From Octopus sinensis (taxonomy: Eukaryota), in NCBI RefSeq assembly GCF_006345805.1, contig NC_042998.1, positions 33,542,001 through 33,606,000 of the forward strand: a stretch of 64,000 bases of DNA. The letters are read 5' to 3'. The number at the start of each line of letters is the position of its first letter. Positions within the stretch are counted from its first letter, which is position 1. Under the pieces are notes generated by a model, which saw only the letters and a list, made by a program, of their open reading frames with translations, was not told where the DNA came from and did no database searches. Position numbers and translations under genes: made by a program. Of this stretch, positions 38,025 to 50,799 are shown one piece after another.

Positions 38025-38545
38025 ACTGTGTGGTAAGTAGTTTGCTTACCAGCCACATGGTTCTTGGTTCAGTCCCATTGCATGGCACCTTGGGCTAGTG
38101 TCTTCTGCTATAGCCTCGGGTCGACCAAAGCCTTGTGAGTGGATTTGGTAAGCAGAAACTGAAAGAAGCCCGTCGTATATGTGTGCGTGTGTGTGTGTGT
38201 GTGTTTGTCCCCCTACCATAGCTTGACAACCGATGTTGGTGTGTTTACGTCCCCGTAACATAGCGGTTCGGCAAAAGAGACTCATAGAATAAGTGCTTAC
38301 AAATAACAAGTCCTGGGAGCATGGCCGCAGTCAAATGACTGAAACAAATAAAAGAATATATATGAGTGTGGGTGTGTGCATGACGGGTTTCTTCCAGTTT
38401 CCGTCTACCAAATCCACTCACAAGGCTTTGGTCGGCCCGAGGTTATTGTAAAAGACACTTTGCTCAAAGTACCACGCAGTGGGACTGAACCCGGAACCAT
38501 GTGGTTGGGAAGTAAGCTTCTTACCATACAGCCACCCCTGCGCCT
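38025..38545. mobile_element. Two SINE family B copies in opposite orientation
   Basis: About 38025-38357 (+) and 38375-38545 (-), consensus matches. Confidence 0.8.
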
Positions 38546-38827
38546 ATATATAAATATTCATATACGTTTTTCCGTATTCTAATGTTAGTCAGCTATGTTT
38601 ATAAATTTCCAAACAGTATTAGACTATATTTGGTTTAAAGATGGGGAAATCCAGACAGCAGCTGATGAGAGAAATCCCTGGTTATATGGAATGTGCCGCT
38701 GTCCTATTTCTTTCAAGTATTTAAGATAGTATCGGTTCTTTTTAGTTTTTTTTTCTTTATTACTCATTGATAAAATATTAATTATAGTTTAGACAAGAAA
38801 GTTAATCCTCGGTGGTTGCACAAGTGA

Positions 38828-38878
<51 letters not shown>

Positions 38879-39207
38879 TCGCAAATGTCTGACGTACAAT
38901 CACGTGAAACTCACCGAGTAACAGTTTATGAAAACAGTTTTTCGACTTTAACAAATGGTATGAATTTAACACACTCACCGGTAAAGACTATTGAAAAGGT
39001 TGCCAGACGCAACGAAAATTTTAGGAAAATAAAAATAAGAAATAAGTGGAAATTTTACCGGTGAGTGTGTTAAATCATAAGGCACGAAAACAAAATGACT
39101 CTCCCGAGACACAACAGAATATGCTTCAACACACTAACTCACATAAAGAATCTTGCAAACCAAATCCAAAAACGAAATGGTGTGAATGTATGTATGTATT
39201 TATGTAT

Positions 39208-39402
39208 GTCATAATTCAGGTTTATTTTAAGATTTCTTGCCAATAGAGAAAGAGCAGGGTATTTTTGTATGTATGTATGTGTGTAAATTTGTATGTTTTG
39301 TTTTATGTATGTATTCTCATGCATATAGTTGCATATCTAGACATGCTCATATATATATTTAAATGATAAACTTCTGGAAAGTTTTACAGATTTTTACAGT
39401 AC
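39208..39402 (-). mobile_element. REL retrotransposon 3' end, copy 4, in (TATG)n
   Basis: Minus strand TVKICKTFQKFII* plus 3'UTR ending AATTATGAC-ATAC; microsatellite on both flanks. Confidence 0.85.
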
Positions 39403-39477
39403 GTATGTATGTATGTATGTATGTATGTATGTATGTATGTATGTATGTATGTATGTATGTATGTATGTATGTATGTA

Positions 39478-39508
<31 letters not shown>

Positions 39509-39997
39509 ATGTGTGTATGTATGTGTGTATGTGTATGTATGTATGTATGTATGTATGTATGTATGTATGTGTGTATGTATGTGTGTATGTATGTATGAAT
39601 GAATGTATGTATGTACGTAACTAAATAGGATTCGGGTGAAAAGCTTTTAGAATTCTATTCGAAGCTCAATGTAGCAGAGGTGTACAAATATGTACATATA
39701 TGTATATATACGTATATACATACGTATGTGTATATATATATGAATGTATGTATGCATGCATGTATGCAAATTAAATTGAGTAAATTAAACTGTGGAAACC
39801 TGTTAGACGGTTTGTACCAGTAATTTAATGGTACACGCTAGTCAGTTTACGTCATACTAATTCTTTCTAAGAATTATGTTAAGTGTCCACACGTCTGAGA
39901 AACACTCAACCACTTACACGCTAATTCATTGAACAGAAAATTCAGTTGATCGAACACTTGATCGTCGAAACATAGGGAAATCCATAATGAGTGTGAA

Positions 39998-40210
39998 TGG
40001 AGGAGCGTGGCTCAGTGGTTAGGGTGTTGGACTTAGGATCCTGAGAATATGGTTTCGATTCCTGGATCGGGCGAGGTGTTGTGTCCTTGAGCAAAACACT
40101 TCATTTCACCTTGTTTCAGTCCACTCAGCTGATAAGAATGAGTAATCTAGCAAATGGACCGGCATCTCTGGGAAACCGACCGTATGGGTCTCTGTGACTC
40201 GGGAATGGAC
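39998..40210 (+). mobile_element. SINE family D
   Basis: GGAGGAGCGTGGCTCAGTGGTTAGGG head and CCTTGAGCAAAACACTTCATTTCAC body. Confidence 0.75.
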
Positions 40211-40232
40211 TATAATTCTTTTGTAATGAATG

Positions 40233-40303
<71 letters not shown>

Positions 40304-40927
40304 GTGTATATGTTCTCTTTCTCCATTTGCAGCTGTCTATTATTTTGAATAAGATTCATTATCAAGTGACTTGTCTAGTGTAATGTCGACGACAGGATAT
40401 TTCGCCGTTGTAGTAGTTCCGTATTGACTCAGCTGATTGCGACTCAGTTCTCGTATTTTACAGAGGAAGACTACAAAATCAGAACTAAACAACAAAAATA
40501 AGAAATGTTTATCGAATTATGCTTTTGATATAGAAAAAAAATATATTACGCAGTATAATTTCCCAGTAATAATCAAAGGGATTGGCTGTTTGCTTTTAAT
40601 TGAAAAGAAAAAAAGAAATGAAATAAATATTTTAAAACACATCAAGAATTAAATCTGTCAGTTCAACTCCTGTCTTTCAAAGATAAAAAGTATAGCATTT
40701 CCAAAGGTTTTCAATTACAAAGTGACTTTTTGCTAAGTTCATACGAAATAAAAAGTTTCTTTGATCCCTTTTCATTTTTAATTCATTGAAGTATCCGATT
40801 CATTTTACTTTTTTTTATATTTCTCTACCCCCCAGTTCCTGTCTATTTAAGGTAAGACTGACATAGTTGAGAGTTGCTTCAATAAGATACCCCTCTTTCT
40901 ACACGTGTGTGAGCGCACACACACACA

Positions 40928-40983
<56 letters not shown>

Positions 40984-41277
40984 CACACACACACCACACA
41001 CACACACACACAGTGTCTCATCGTTTGATCAGCGATTCTTCGTAGAACACGACGAACTGCCAAGTGAAAAAACGTAACGGAAATAAAGATTCTTCAAACT
41101 TCGCCCTAGAAATAGTTGGTTAGAGAAGAAACTTAATTCTTATTTCTTGATTTGATATTTGAATAATTAAAGGCGGCGAGCTGGCAGAAACGTTAGCACG
41201 CCAAGCGAAATGCTTAGTGGCTTTTCGTCTGTCCTTACGTTCTGAGTTCAATTTTTTTTTAAAGTTCACAACAACAT

Positions 41278-41449
41278 AGGCGCAGGAGTGGCTGTGTGGT
41301 AAGTAGCTTGCTAACCAGCCACATGGTTCCGGGTTCAGTCCTACTGCGTGGCATCTTGGGCAAGTGTCTTCTGCTATAGCCCCGGGCCGACCAATGCCTT
41401 GTGAGTGGATTTGGTAGACGGAAACTGAAAGAAGGCTGTCGTATATATG

Positions 41450-41482
<33 letters not shown>

Positions 41483-41692
41483 TTGTGTGTCTGTGTTTGT
41501 CCCCCTAGCATTGCTTGACAACCGATGCTGGTGTGTTTACGTCCCCGTCACTTAGCGGTTCGGCAAAAGAGACCGATAGAATAAGTACTGAGCTTACAAA
41601 GAATAAGTCCCGGGGTCGATTTGCTCGACTAAAGGCGGTGCTCCAGCATGGCCGCAGTCAAATTACTGAAACAAGTAAAAGAGTAAAGAGTA
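41278..41692 (+). mobile_element. SINE family B, young subfamily
   Basis: Full consensus, (GTAAAAGA)n tail. Confidence 0.88.
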
Positions 41693-42022
41693 AAAAGGGT
41701 AACAAACAGTTATTTGATAAAATAAGTAATTATTTCTCTGGACTATGGACAAAGGAAATACTGAATCCAATGTGGGACTCTCGTGCTTTCATACTTTCCC
41801 AAAATAACATCTTTTATCTTTTAGTTGTTTTAGTCATTAGACTGTGACCATACTGGGGCAACGCCTTGAACAATTTTTTGGTCGAATGAATCGGTTCAAG
41901 AATGGTGTTTTTAAAGCCTGGTACTTATACTATCGATTTCGTTTTACGAACCGCTAAGTTACGAGGACGTAAACACCAACACCGATTGTTGAACAGTGGG
42001 GGAAGGAACAGACACGCACGCT

Positions 42023-42065
<43 letters not shown>

Positions 42066-43357
42066 ACACACACATACACATACACAAATATAATACGGAC
42101 TTCTTTCAGTTTCCGTCCACAAAAGCCACTCACAATGCTTTATTCGGTCCGAGGCTACATTTGCCCAAAGTGCCACACAGTGGGACTGAACCCGGAACCA
42201 TTTTGTTAGGAAGCAAACTTCTTACCACACAGCCACCCCTTTGCCTATATTTGTTGCATCATTAATCAACCAATCAAAATCCGCCACGTAGACAGCCAAT
42301 CCGTCGTTCTTGGTCATTAACTAACCTCATGTTTTCCACAATCTTCCACCGTATCCTTTCCTTAACATTGCTCAACCATTCCTCTTACGATATTCCTATG
42401 CATCTTCTGCCATGGGTTTGTCCATGCATGACACTAAACATATGGTGTTATGGTGGCATTATGCTCTATGACTACACCAAAACATTCTCAAAGCATTTTA
42501 ACAACTAACGGGAAATTTTCGTGGTTTACAATTCTCCGAAACTTCTCAACAAATGGCAGAAATAAAATATTAAAATCTCACCACAGTTTACTTCCATTCT
42601 ATGGTGCACATCAATCAAGCTAAATATTATATACCTATTTTAATCTGATTTAATTAGATTATTAAGATCATAGACGTGATATCTCGCTACTTCACTGCGC
42701 TTGACATTTCTATTTTGGTCTAATGACATTCTTAAAATGCAATAAAGTAACAGGCTAATGATGTAGGAGAATTGGGCAAAGAAACTAGTCATTCAGACTT
42801 TGTTATTGATTTAGAGGATAGCTCATACCATGAAAGTGAAACTGGGGTACAAATACACAAGCCCAGTATACCCATCATGACAACTTGTCTGATAAGAGTA
42901 CAACAGGCACATGCATCGCAACCATATGTGCACGACATGGTGATTTCATATCAAGATAAACCGTACATGACCTTGCAGATGGGGCCCTGTTAGAATTTTC
43001 TTCAAGTTAAGTAGCCCATCCCGCTCAAAAGGTCCCTGAATAAAGTTTGTTTAAGGATGTTGAACGAAACATACAGATTTTCCAGAGGAGAATTTCCTCT
43101 AGACATAGGGCTATGATGCTCCTTCACTACTTCTACCCGTGATCAGAGATGTACATTTCGTCAGCCATCAAAGGACATGCTCAACTGGTTATGGTCAAAC
43201 AAGTGACAAGCATATCTGTTGTATTGGGCAGAAAATCTGCTGTAGTCCATCTTTTATACCAAGACAAGACATACATGATGGCACTTCCGATCAGTTGAGT
43301 GAGATCAGAAGCCATGATAGACAGTGCCTAGTACTGTATATTATTATTATTATTATT

Positions 43358-43714
43358 CAGTAGTTTTATTTTTATAGCGTGCTTTCACTTCACTACCGAG
43401 CGCAGCTCTGTGTGCCTTGGGTATGTGCTGTGATTTGTTGTGATGCTCTGATAGTTATTGTATGGAAAGTGTTCTGCGTAGGATGTGTGCAGTGCCTAGC
43501 AGTGCAATTTTCTGTATGTTATATGTGTTTGTAAGTCCTGGTGTTTTTGTTATGTATTTGTCTGAATATTTTTTTATCATGCCTAATGCACCTACTATGA
43601 TAGGAATTGTTTCTGTTTTCAGATTCCACATTCTAGTTACCTTTATTTCCAGGTCTTTGTATTTTGAGAGTTTCTCCATTTCTTTTAGAGACACGTTGTC
43701 ATCTGCCGGTATTG

Positions 43715-43716
<2 letters not shown>
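43358..43716 (-). mobile_element. R4/Dong-like REL retrotransposon 3' fragment 1
   Basis: SIPADDNVSLKEMEKLSKYKDLEIKVTRMWNLKTETIPIIVGALG...IQKIALLGTAHILRRTLSIQ*; (TAA)n on both sides. Confidence 0.88.
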
Positions 43717-43809
<93 letters not shown>

Positions 43810-44082
43810 TTGGTTTGTCTTATTCTTGGTAGGGATTATGTGGTTATGTGCCTGTAACCCTAAGTATCCACGAATTTCAAGCACTTAGGACCCTCCTTAT
43901 AATCCTTACTGTCCCTAAGAGACAAACTTTCTATAGGAGCTCCACCGGGTATTTTATGTCAATCTCCTTCAGCTATTTGTCTATACCTCGCTTCATTGTT
44001 CCCAACTCACCAATTATTATAAGCACGACTTCTACTGTTCGCATGCTCTAAATTCTACCTATTTCAAATTTTAAGGGATTGC
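43810..44082 (-). mobile_element. R4/Dong-like REL 3' fragment 2 (different family)
   Basis: NPLKFEIGRI*SMRTVEVVLIIIGELGT...KVCLLGTVRIIRRVLSA*; distinct 3'UTR; (TAA)n on both sides. Confidence 0.8.
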
Positions 44083-44100
44083 ATTATTATTATTATTATA

Positions 44101-44326
44101 TGAAAACTCACGGCTTATGTTGCTAGGTATGATGGATAGTGTCAGCTGTTCACAGCCAGCTGATTAAGGTGACATTTGTTTACTGGTCATGCTTCAAGAA
44201 CTCTGCGAAGAATTCTTGCAGCTCCAAGCAATGCTGATTTTTGTAGGTGTTCTACCTTCACACTTGCACCAATCTTTTTCAGCCATGTTGATAGCTGAGT
44301 GCTTTTCAGCCACGCTGGTAGTTGAC
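44101..44326 (-). mobile_element. R4/Dong-like REL 3' fragment 3 (different family)
   Basis: STWLKKIGASVKVEHLQKSALLGAARILRRVLEA*; third distinct 3'UTR, followed by (TAA)n. Confidence 0.8.
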
Positions 44327-44327
44327 T

Positions 44328-44399
<72 letters not shown>

Positions 44400-44550
44400 G
44401 TTGTTGTTATTATCATCATCATCATCATTATTATTATTATTATTATTATCACTATTATTATTATTATTATTACTATTATTATTTTTATTATTTTTATTAT
44501 TATTATTATTATTATTATTTTTGTTATTATCATCATCATCATCATCATCA

Positions 44551-44581
<31 letters not shown>

Positions 44582-44622
44582 TATTATTACTATTATTATT
44601 ATTATTATTTTTATTTTTATTA

Positions 44623-44692
<70 letters not shown>

Positions 44693-44831
44693 GTTGTTAT
44701 TATCATCATCATCATCATCATTATTATTATTATTATTAATATTATTATTATTTTTGTTATTATTATTATTATCATTGTTGTTGTTGTTGTTGTTGCTGTT
44801 GTTGTTGCTGTTGTTGTTGTTGTTGTTGTAG

Positions 44832-44878
<47 letters not shown>

Positions 44879-44880
44879 AT
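44327..44880. repeat. Compound trinucleotide array (TCT/TAT/CAT/TGT)
   Basis: Direct reading. Confidence 0.95.
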
Positions 44881-45707
44881 TAAAACACTTTAAGGAACAA
44901 AATGCTTTACGTCACATCTCAAGTGACTGCTGACCTGAAAGCAATCGTAGTCCAATAAGTGTTTCGTTAAGTAATTTGGCTTTTCCCCTTTGAAGTGCTA
45001 AGAACAATATATACTACATAGATATTTTTTGTTTTGCGAGAGGTGTATGCGTTTGTGCGTGCGTTTGTGTGTGCGTTTGTGTGTGTGTGTGTGTTTGTGT
45101 GTGTGTGATCCTCACTCTGAGAGTTTGAGTGTATGAGTACATGTGTGTTTGTGTGTGCTTGTGTGCCTGTGTTCGTGAGAAATAGACAGATAGAAAGTGA
45201 AAAAGAAGGAAAGAAATTGAAAAGAAATAATGAATGAATGAAATGTGAGTGAGTATTTGTGTTCAAGTTATGTTATCTCTGTTCCTAAAAAAAGATTGAG
45301 TCTGTACTTGTTCACGTCTCTATGTTTGTCTAATTGTGCATTCAAGTACAAGATTCCATATTAGTCTTAAGATGTTTTTTCTTGCCTTTGTTTATTTTGT
45401 TTTCTTTTAATATTTTTTTTTCGAGTGGGAGTTCATAATTTCTTCACAAGCTACGTTGCCTTTATAAAACTTGGTATTTGGGGGGGGGGCTAGACTCATT
45501 TATGTTTTGCGGAGGAAAACGGGTGAATTTTCTCTTGGATTAACGACCAATATTTTTCGAAGACCATTCCCAAGAGATATTTCCGGCAACTATAATAGAA
45601 GAAAATGATCTGACCAAAGAAAAAAAAAGAAAAAAGAAAAAAAGTTTTATGTTAACAAGTAAACTTATACCATTTTAATTCGCATATTTTGCAGTTCTTG
45701 AGAAAGG

Positions 45708-45738
<31 letters not shown>

Positions 45739-45889
45739 GTGGTGGTGGTGGTGGTGATGTTGAGTGAAGGCACTATGTGTGACTTCTATTATAGCCTCTA
45801 TTCTAATAGCTTCTATTAGGCATGTGACCTCGGGCCAACAAAAGCCTTATGCGTGGATTGGGAAGACGGAAACTGAAAGAAGCCCGTCG

Positions 45890-46452
45890 TACATATATGC
45901 GTGTGTATGTGTGTGTATGTATGTGTGTGTGTATGTTTGTGTGTGTGTGTTTGTGTGTGTATGTGTGCGTGCGTGCGTGTGTATGTGTGTGCGTGTCTGT
46001 GTATGTGTGTATGTGTGTGTCTTTGCGTGTGTATGTGTGTGTGTATGTGTGTATGTGCTTGTGTGTGTTTGTGTGTGTGCGTGTGTGCTTGTGTGTGTAT
46101 GTGTGTGTACGTGTGTATGTGTGTGCTTGTGTGTTTATGTGTGTGTGTGTGTGTTTGCGTGTGTATGTCTGTGTATGTGTGTATGTGCTTGAGTGTGTAT
46201 GTGTGTATGTGCTTGTGTGTGTATGTGTGTATGTGCTTGTGCGTGTATGTGTGTATGTGCTTGTGTGTGTTTGTGTGTGTGTGTGTGTTTGTGTGTGTAT
46301 ATGTGTGTGTGCGTGTGTATGTGTGTGCGTGTGTGTGCGCGCGTGTGTGTGCGCGCGTGTGTGTGCGCGCGTGTGTGTGCGCGCGTGTGTGTGTATGTGT
46401 TCACGTGTATGCGTGTGCGTGTGTGTACGTGTATGTATGTGTGCGTGTGTGA
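45890..46452. repeat. Degenerate (GT)n-rich array inside a SINE B remnant
   Basis: Follows a SINE B 5' half at about 45770-45890. Confidence 0.9.
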
Positions 46453-46604
46453 GTACCAGTGGAATATATAGGTGGTAACTTACGCTTGTTAAACCAAACG
46501 AAAAATTTCGAGTGAATTTCCTCTTCCGTACATTTTTTCTTTTTTTTTTATCTGCCTTCCCCCATCCCAGCCGTTCTGCTCAAATACCTGAGGAGAGATT
46601 TGAA

Positions 46605-47270
46605 GGATCTTTTCCTTTTGAACGGCAGATGTCAACACAATTTCTAGTTAACTAAACACTTTTAAACTTCGTATACTGGTAGACATCATTTTCTCTTGGT
46701 TTTATTGAGAAAATTCTATAGTTTGTAAGATATTTCGTCTGAATATCCGAGCATTTCGGCAATTTTAACCAATCGATTACCTCCATTCAACTAAAATCAT
46801 TTGCTGCGTCTAAAACTGAGACAACATTCTGTAACTAACCCTAAACCTCCCCCCTAACCCTAACCCTCACTCTAATTTTTTTTTCTTAATTGTTAAATTA
46901 ATTTAATTCCATTGCTTTAGTTTTTTTACACGCGTAACAATTAAATTTATTTAACAATTAAGAAAAAAATTTAGGGTTAGGGGGGAGGTTTAGGGTTAGT
47001 TACAGGATGTTGTCTCAGTTAGGGGGGAGGTTTAGGGTTAGTTACAGGATGTTGTCTCAGTTTTAGACGCAGCAAATGATTTTAGCTCAAAAGAAAGCAT
47101 AGGATTGGTTAAAATTCGAAAAATTAAACTACGTTAAACAAACAAATTACAATTTTCTCAAGAAAGCCAAGAGAAAAAAAATGTTTTATTTTGACACATT
47201 CTACCAGTATACGAAGTTTAAAAGTGTTTAGTTAACTAGAAATTGTCTGCCGTTCAAAAGGAAAAGATCC
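46605..47270. mobile_element. Foldback-type non-autonomous DNA transposon, possibly Merlin-like
   Basis: GGATCTTTTCCTTTTGAACGGCAGA...TCTGCCGTTCAAAAGGAAAAGATCC with long imperfect inverted arms and a perfect 8-bp TSD GATTTGAA (46597-46604, 47271-47278). Superfamily inferred from 5'-GG TIRs plus the 8-bp TSD. Confidence 0.8.
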
Positions 47271-47889
47271 GATTTGAACAACGTTCATTGCTCTCAGACT
47301 GAAAAACCTACTCGAAATTTTTATTGCATTTAAACATTTTGAACGTAAGTGAAAATTAAGTATCATTCATTCAGTGTTCGAATCTCTGCAATAATTTAAA
47401 CGTTTTATTCTTTTCTGAGAACAATAAAACATGATAATTAATACAAACAAATTATTGTCATCTGACCTTTCTCCGCCCTGGGCTATTTGAATTTAACACA
47501 ATGAATGCCTGGTATTTTGCACTGACCTAGGACGGTATCGCAAAATAGCTGCCTGGGGGTATGGATAATTAAATATACATATGAAAACCTTTTGAGAACG
47601 AATTAAATATCATTATGCGTTTAGAATCAACAAAGTAATGCATGCGCTCGCTTTGTTCGGTAGATGTTGATGGTTGATAGTGATTCATGATGGTTAATGA
47701 TGACTCATGATGATTGAATTAAGGATAGAGTAAAAGTATGAAATAATTATAATAAATGCGATAGATTGAAAACGTGTAATTGGTTAGAATTTATTTAAAA
47801 CAGGCTAAGGTCAGGACATGCTCAATTTATTGTACTGCTGCTATGACTGCTGCTGCTTATAATGATAATAAGAATAGTTCTTTCTTCTA

Positions 47890-48410
47890 AAGGCACCAGG
47901 GGAAGGAGTAAGTCGATTAGATCGACCTCAGTACGCAACTAGTATTTGATTTACCAACCCCGAAAGAATGAAAGGAAAACCTCGGCGGAATTTGAACTCA
48001 GCACGTAGCGGCAGACGAAATACCTATTTCTTTACTACCCACAAGGGACTAAACATAGCGAGGACAAACAAGGACAGACAGACGGATTAAGTCGATTATA
48101 TCGACCCTAGTGTGTAACTGGTACTTATTTAATCGATCCCGAAAGGATGAAAGGCAAAGTCGACCTCGGCGGAATCTGAACTCAGACAATAAAGACGGAC
48201 GAAATACCACTAAGCATTTCGTCCGGCGTGCTAATGATTCTGCCAATTCGCCATCTATTTTTTTTATTACTATAGGCACCACGCCATCATGTTTTAGGGA
48301 AGGATGATGGTAAAGTCAACCTCGGTAAGATTTGAACTCAGAACATAAGGACGGGCGAAATGCCGCAAAGCATTTTGTCCGGCGTGCTAACGATTCTGCC
48401 AGTTCCACTT
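47890..48410 (-). mobile_element. SINE family C cluster/multimer
   Basis: Reverse-complement consensus matches, tandem bodies. Confidence 0.75.
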
Positions 48411-48554
48411 GCTTTAACAATATTAATTCTTTCAAGTATAGACAAAAGGCCAGCAGACATTTGAGGGAAAGAGCATAATGGATTACATTGACTCTAGACC
48501 AGCGTCCCGACGATTCTGTCAGCTCTTGCCGAAGCGCTTATGTGACGAGAACGT

Positions 48555-48990
48555 AAGCTCACCAACATCGGTTGTCAAGCGATGTTGGGGGGGGGGGACA
48601 AACACAATCATATATATATATATATATATATATACGACAGGCTTCTTTCAGTTTCCGTCTACCAAATCCACCCACAAGGCTTTGGTCGGCCCGAGGCTAT
48701 AGTAGATGTGTCTTCTACTATAGCCTCGGACCGACCAAAGCTTTGTGAGTCGATTTGGTAGATGGAAACTGAAAGAATCCCGTCGTATATGTATGTGTGT
48801 GTGTGTTTGTCCCCAACCACCACTACTACCATCGTTTGACACCGATGTTGGGGTATTTACGTCCCCGTAACTTAGCGGTGTGGCAAAGACGACCGATAGA
48901 ATAAGTACTAGGCTTGCATAGAATGAGTCCTGCAGTCGACTTGTTGGACTAAAGGCGGTACTCCAGCATGGCCGCAGTCAAATGACTGCG
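48555..48990. mobile_element. Back-to-back pair of 5'-truncated SINE B copies
   Basis: Minus copy to about 48700 and plus copy from about 48705, meeting at GAGGCTATAGTAGATGTGTCTTCTACTATAGCCTC. Confidence 0.8.
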
Positions 48991-49023
48991 CTATTGCACA
49001 TAGCTTTATCTCTTATGTCTTAG

Positions 49024-49096
49024 CATTGTTGATGAAGTGTGGGCGTGGCTCGATAACACACGGGTATTTTACACCTGATTATTCCCATCTACGCAG
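49024..49096 (+). other. Candidate 73-nt exon (unverified)
   Basis: Acceptor CTTTATCTCTTATGTCTTAG and donor CAG/GTGAGT; one open frame LLMKCGRGSITHGYFTPDYSHLR; no recognisable homology. Confidence 0.3.
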
Positions 49097-49303
49097 GTGA
49101 GTATATTATGTGGTGAGAATGAGACAGGGGCAGGACGACAAAGCGGGAAAGAAAGAGAGAGAGAGAAGAAAGGAAGACGGATAGAATGAAAGCAAGAGCA
49201 CGTGAGTAGCGGTGTGAGACACAAGTGTTTAATTTCCACCGGTGTAAACGAAATTCTGCATCTTTGTATTTAGTATGAATGTTCTTACGGGCTGTACAGG
49301 TGT

Positions 49304-49348
<45 letters not shown>

Positions 49349-49765
49349 CGATCTATGTAAACGGGATCGTAAGTTAGCTACGCTGTTATGCTTTTATCTG
49401 CGCGGGTGAATTTTTTTGCTTGCTTGTGTGTTTCGGTGACCCTTTGACCTGATCAGGGGATAATATAGACAGTTAGTCTTCTCCAAATCCCGAGTGTCAT
49501 AGTTCACAAGGTCATATATCGCTAAGATACCGTCTGATGCACTATTATTCAGTAAAAAAAAAAATCATGAATGAATGAACGAACGAATGAATGAATGAAT
49601 GAATGAATGAATGAATGAATGAATGAATGAATATTCAGACAGCGACAGACTTATAAAGACAAAAGAGACAGATTGTCAGGTAAGCTGGTAGACACGTATA
49701 TAAACGGAAATACGCTCCTGTGCAGGTAGTATCTATCCTCCAGGCTAACTAGTTAGTGAGTCAAC

Positions 49766-49842
<77 letters not shown>

Positions 49843-49843
<1 letters not shown>

Positions 49844-50297
49844 TGTTTCTTTATTAGCCACACAGGGCTGCACACAGACAGGACAAAATTACAAGGTAGA
49901 GTTTTTCTTTTGGGGGTAAAAGAAGGGGGTTTGGTTTTCGATCAAAAGGGATCGTAAAGGGAAAGAAAGAGGACAAAAAAGGGGGGAATAAAATTTTTTT
50001 TTAAAGGGGGGGAGGGAAAAAAGGGAAAGGAAAAAAAATTGATCAATAGGGATCGGTATCACAGAAATGTCAATATGAAGTGTAAAGGGGAGGACAGGTG
50101 AGGTTTACCCGTGGAAAGAAAAGCTTACGGAAAAGACCACGGTAACCTCAGTCAATGAAGTCACATGTTATATTTCTCTTTTTTTTTTTTGCAAATAAGC
50201 AATTCTCTGTATTAATTTTTACAGTTCATAGAATCATAGTCAAGGTGGCTTCGTCATTCATACGTGCCATCCTTGCTACATTCACCCATCTTTTTTT

Positions 50298-50299
<2 letters not shown>
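49843..50299 (-). mobile_element. L1/Tx1-like LINE 3' fragment in (AGAT)n, copy 1
   Basis: Minus KKRWVNVARMARMNDEATLTMIL*, 3'UTR ending GGCTAATAAAGAAACAT then (ATCT)n; microsatellite on both flanks. Confidence 0.65.
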
Positions 50300-50366
<67 letters not shown>

Positions 50367-50367
<1 letters not shown>

Positions 50368-50720
50368 TGTTTCTTTATTAGCCACACAGGGCTGGACACA
50401 ATGGGGACAAATTACAAAGTAAAGCTTTTCTTTGAGGTGGGGGAGAAAAAGAAGTGGGGTAGGTTTTCGATCAAAAGGGATCGTAAAAAAAACCATCAAT
50501 AGGGATTGTGTATCACAGAAATGTCATGATGTAAAGTGTAAAGGGGGAAGCAGATAAGGTTTATCCGTGGAAAGAAAACCCTACGAAAAAGACCACGGTA
50601 ACTTCGGTCAATAATGTCACATGTTAACACATTTATTTGCAAGTAAGTAACTCTCTGTTTTAAATTTTTCTGGGTTCATAGGCGGTTTCGTCGCTCTGAC
50701 CGCATCTCGGGCAGGTCGGC
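50367..50720 (-). mobile_element. L1/Tx1-like LINE 3' fragment in (AGAT)n, copy 2
   Basis: Minus PTCPRCGQSDETA (start of the ORF2 C-terminal CCHC motif), then a deletion to the same 3'UTR; (AGAT)n on both flanks. Confidence 0.7.
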
Positions 50721-50733
50721 AGATAGATAGATT

Positions 50734-50799
<66 letters not shown>

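Noticed and set aside
42760-43335. Block that looks like another octopus interspersed repeat
   Set aside because: Single copy in the window, with no head, TIR, TSD or ORF that I could verify, so it was left unannotated.
46835-47060. Telomere or interstitial telomeric array
   Set aside because: Only a few CCCTAA/TTAGGG units, and they are internal to a transposon.
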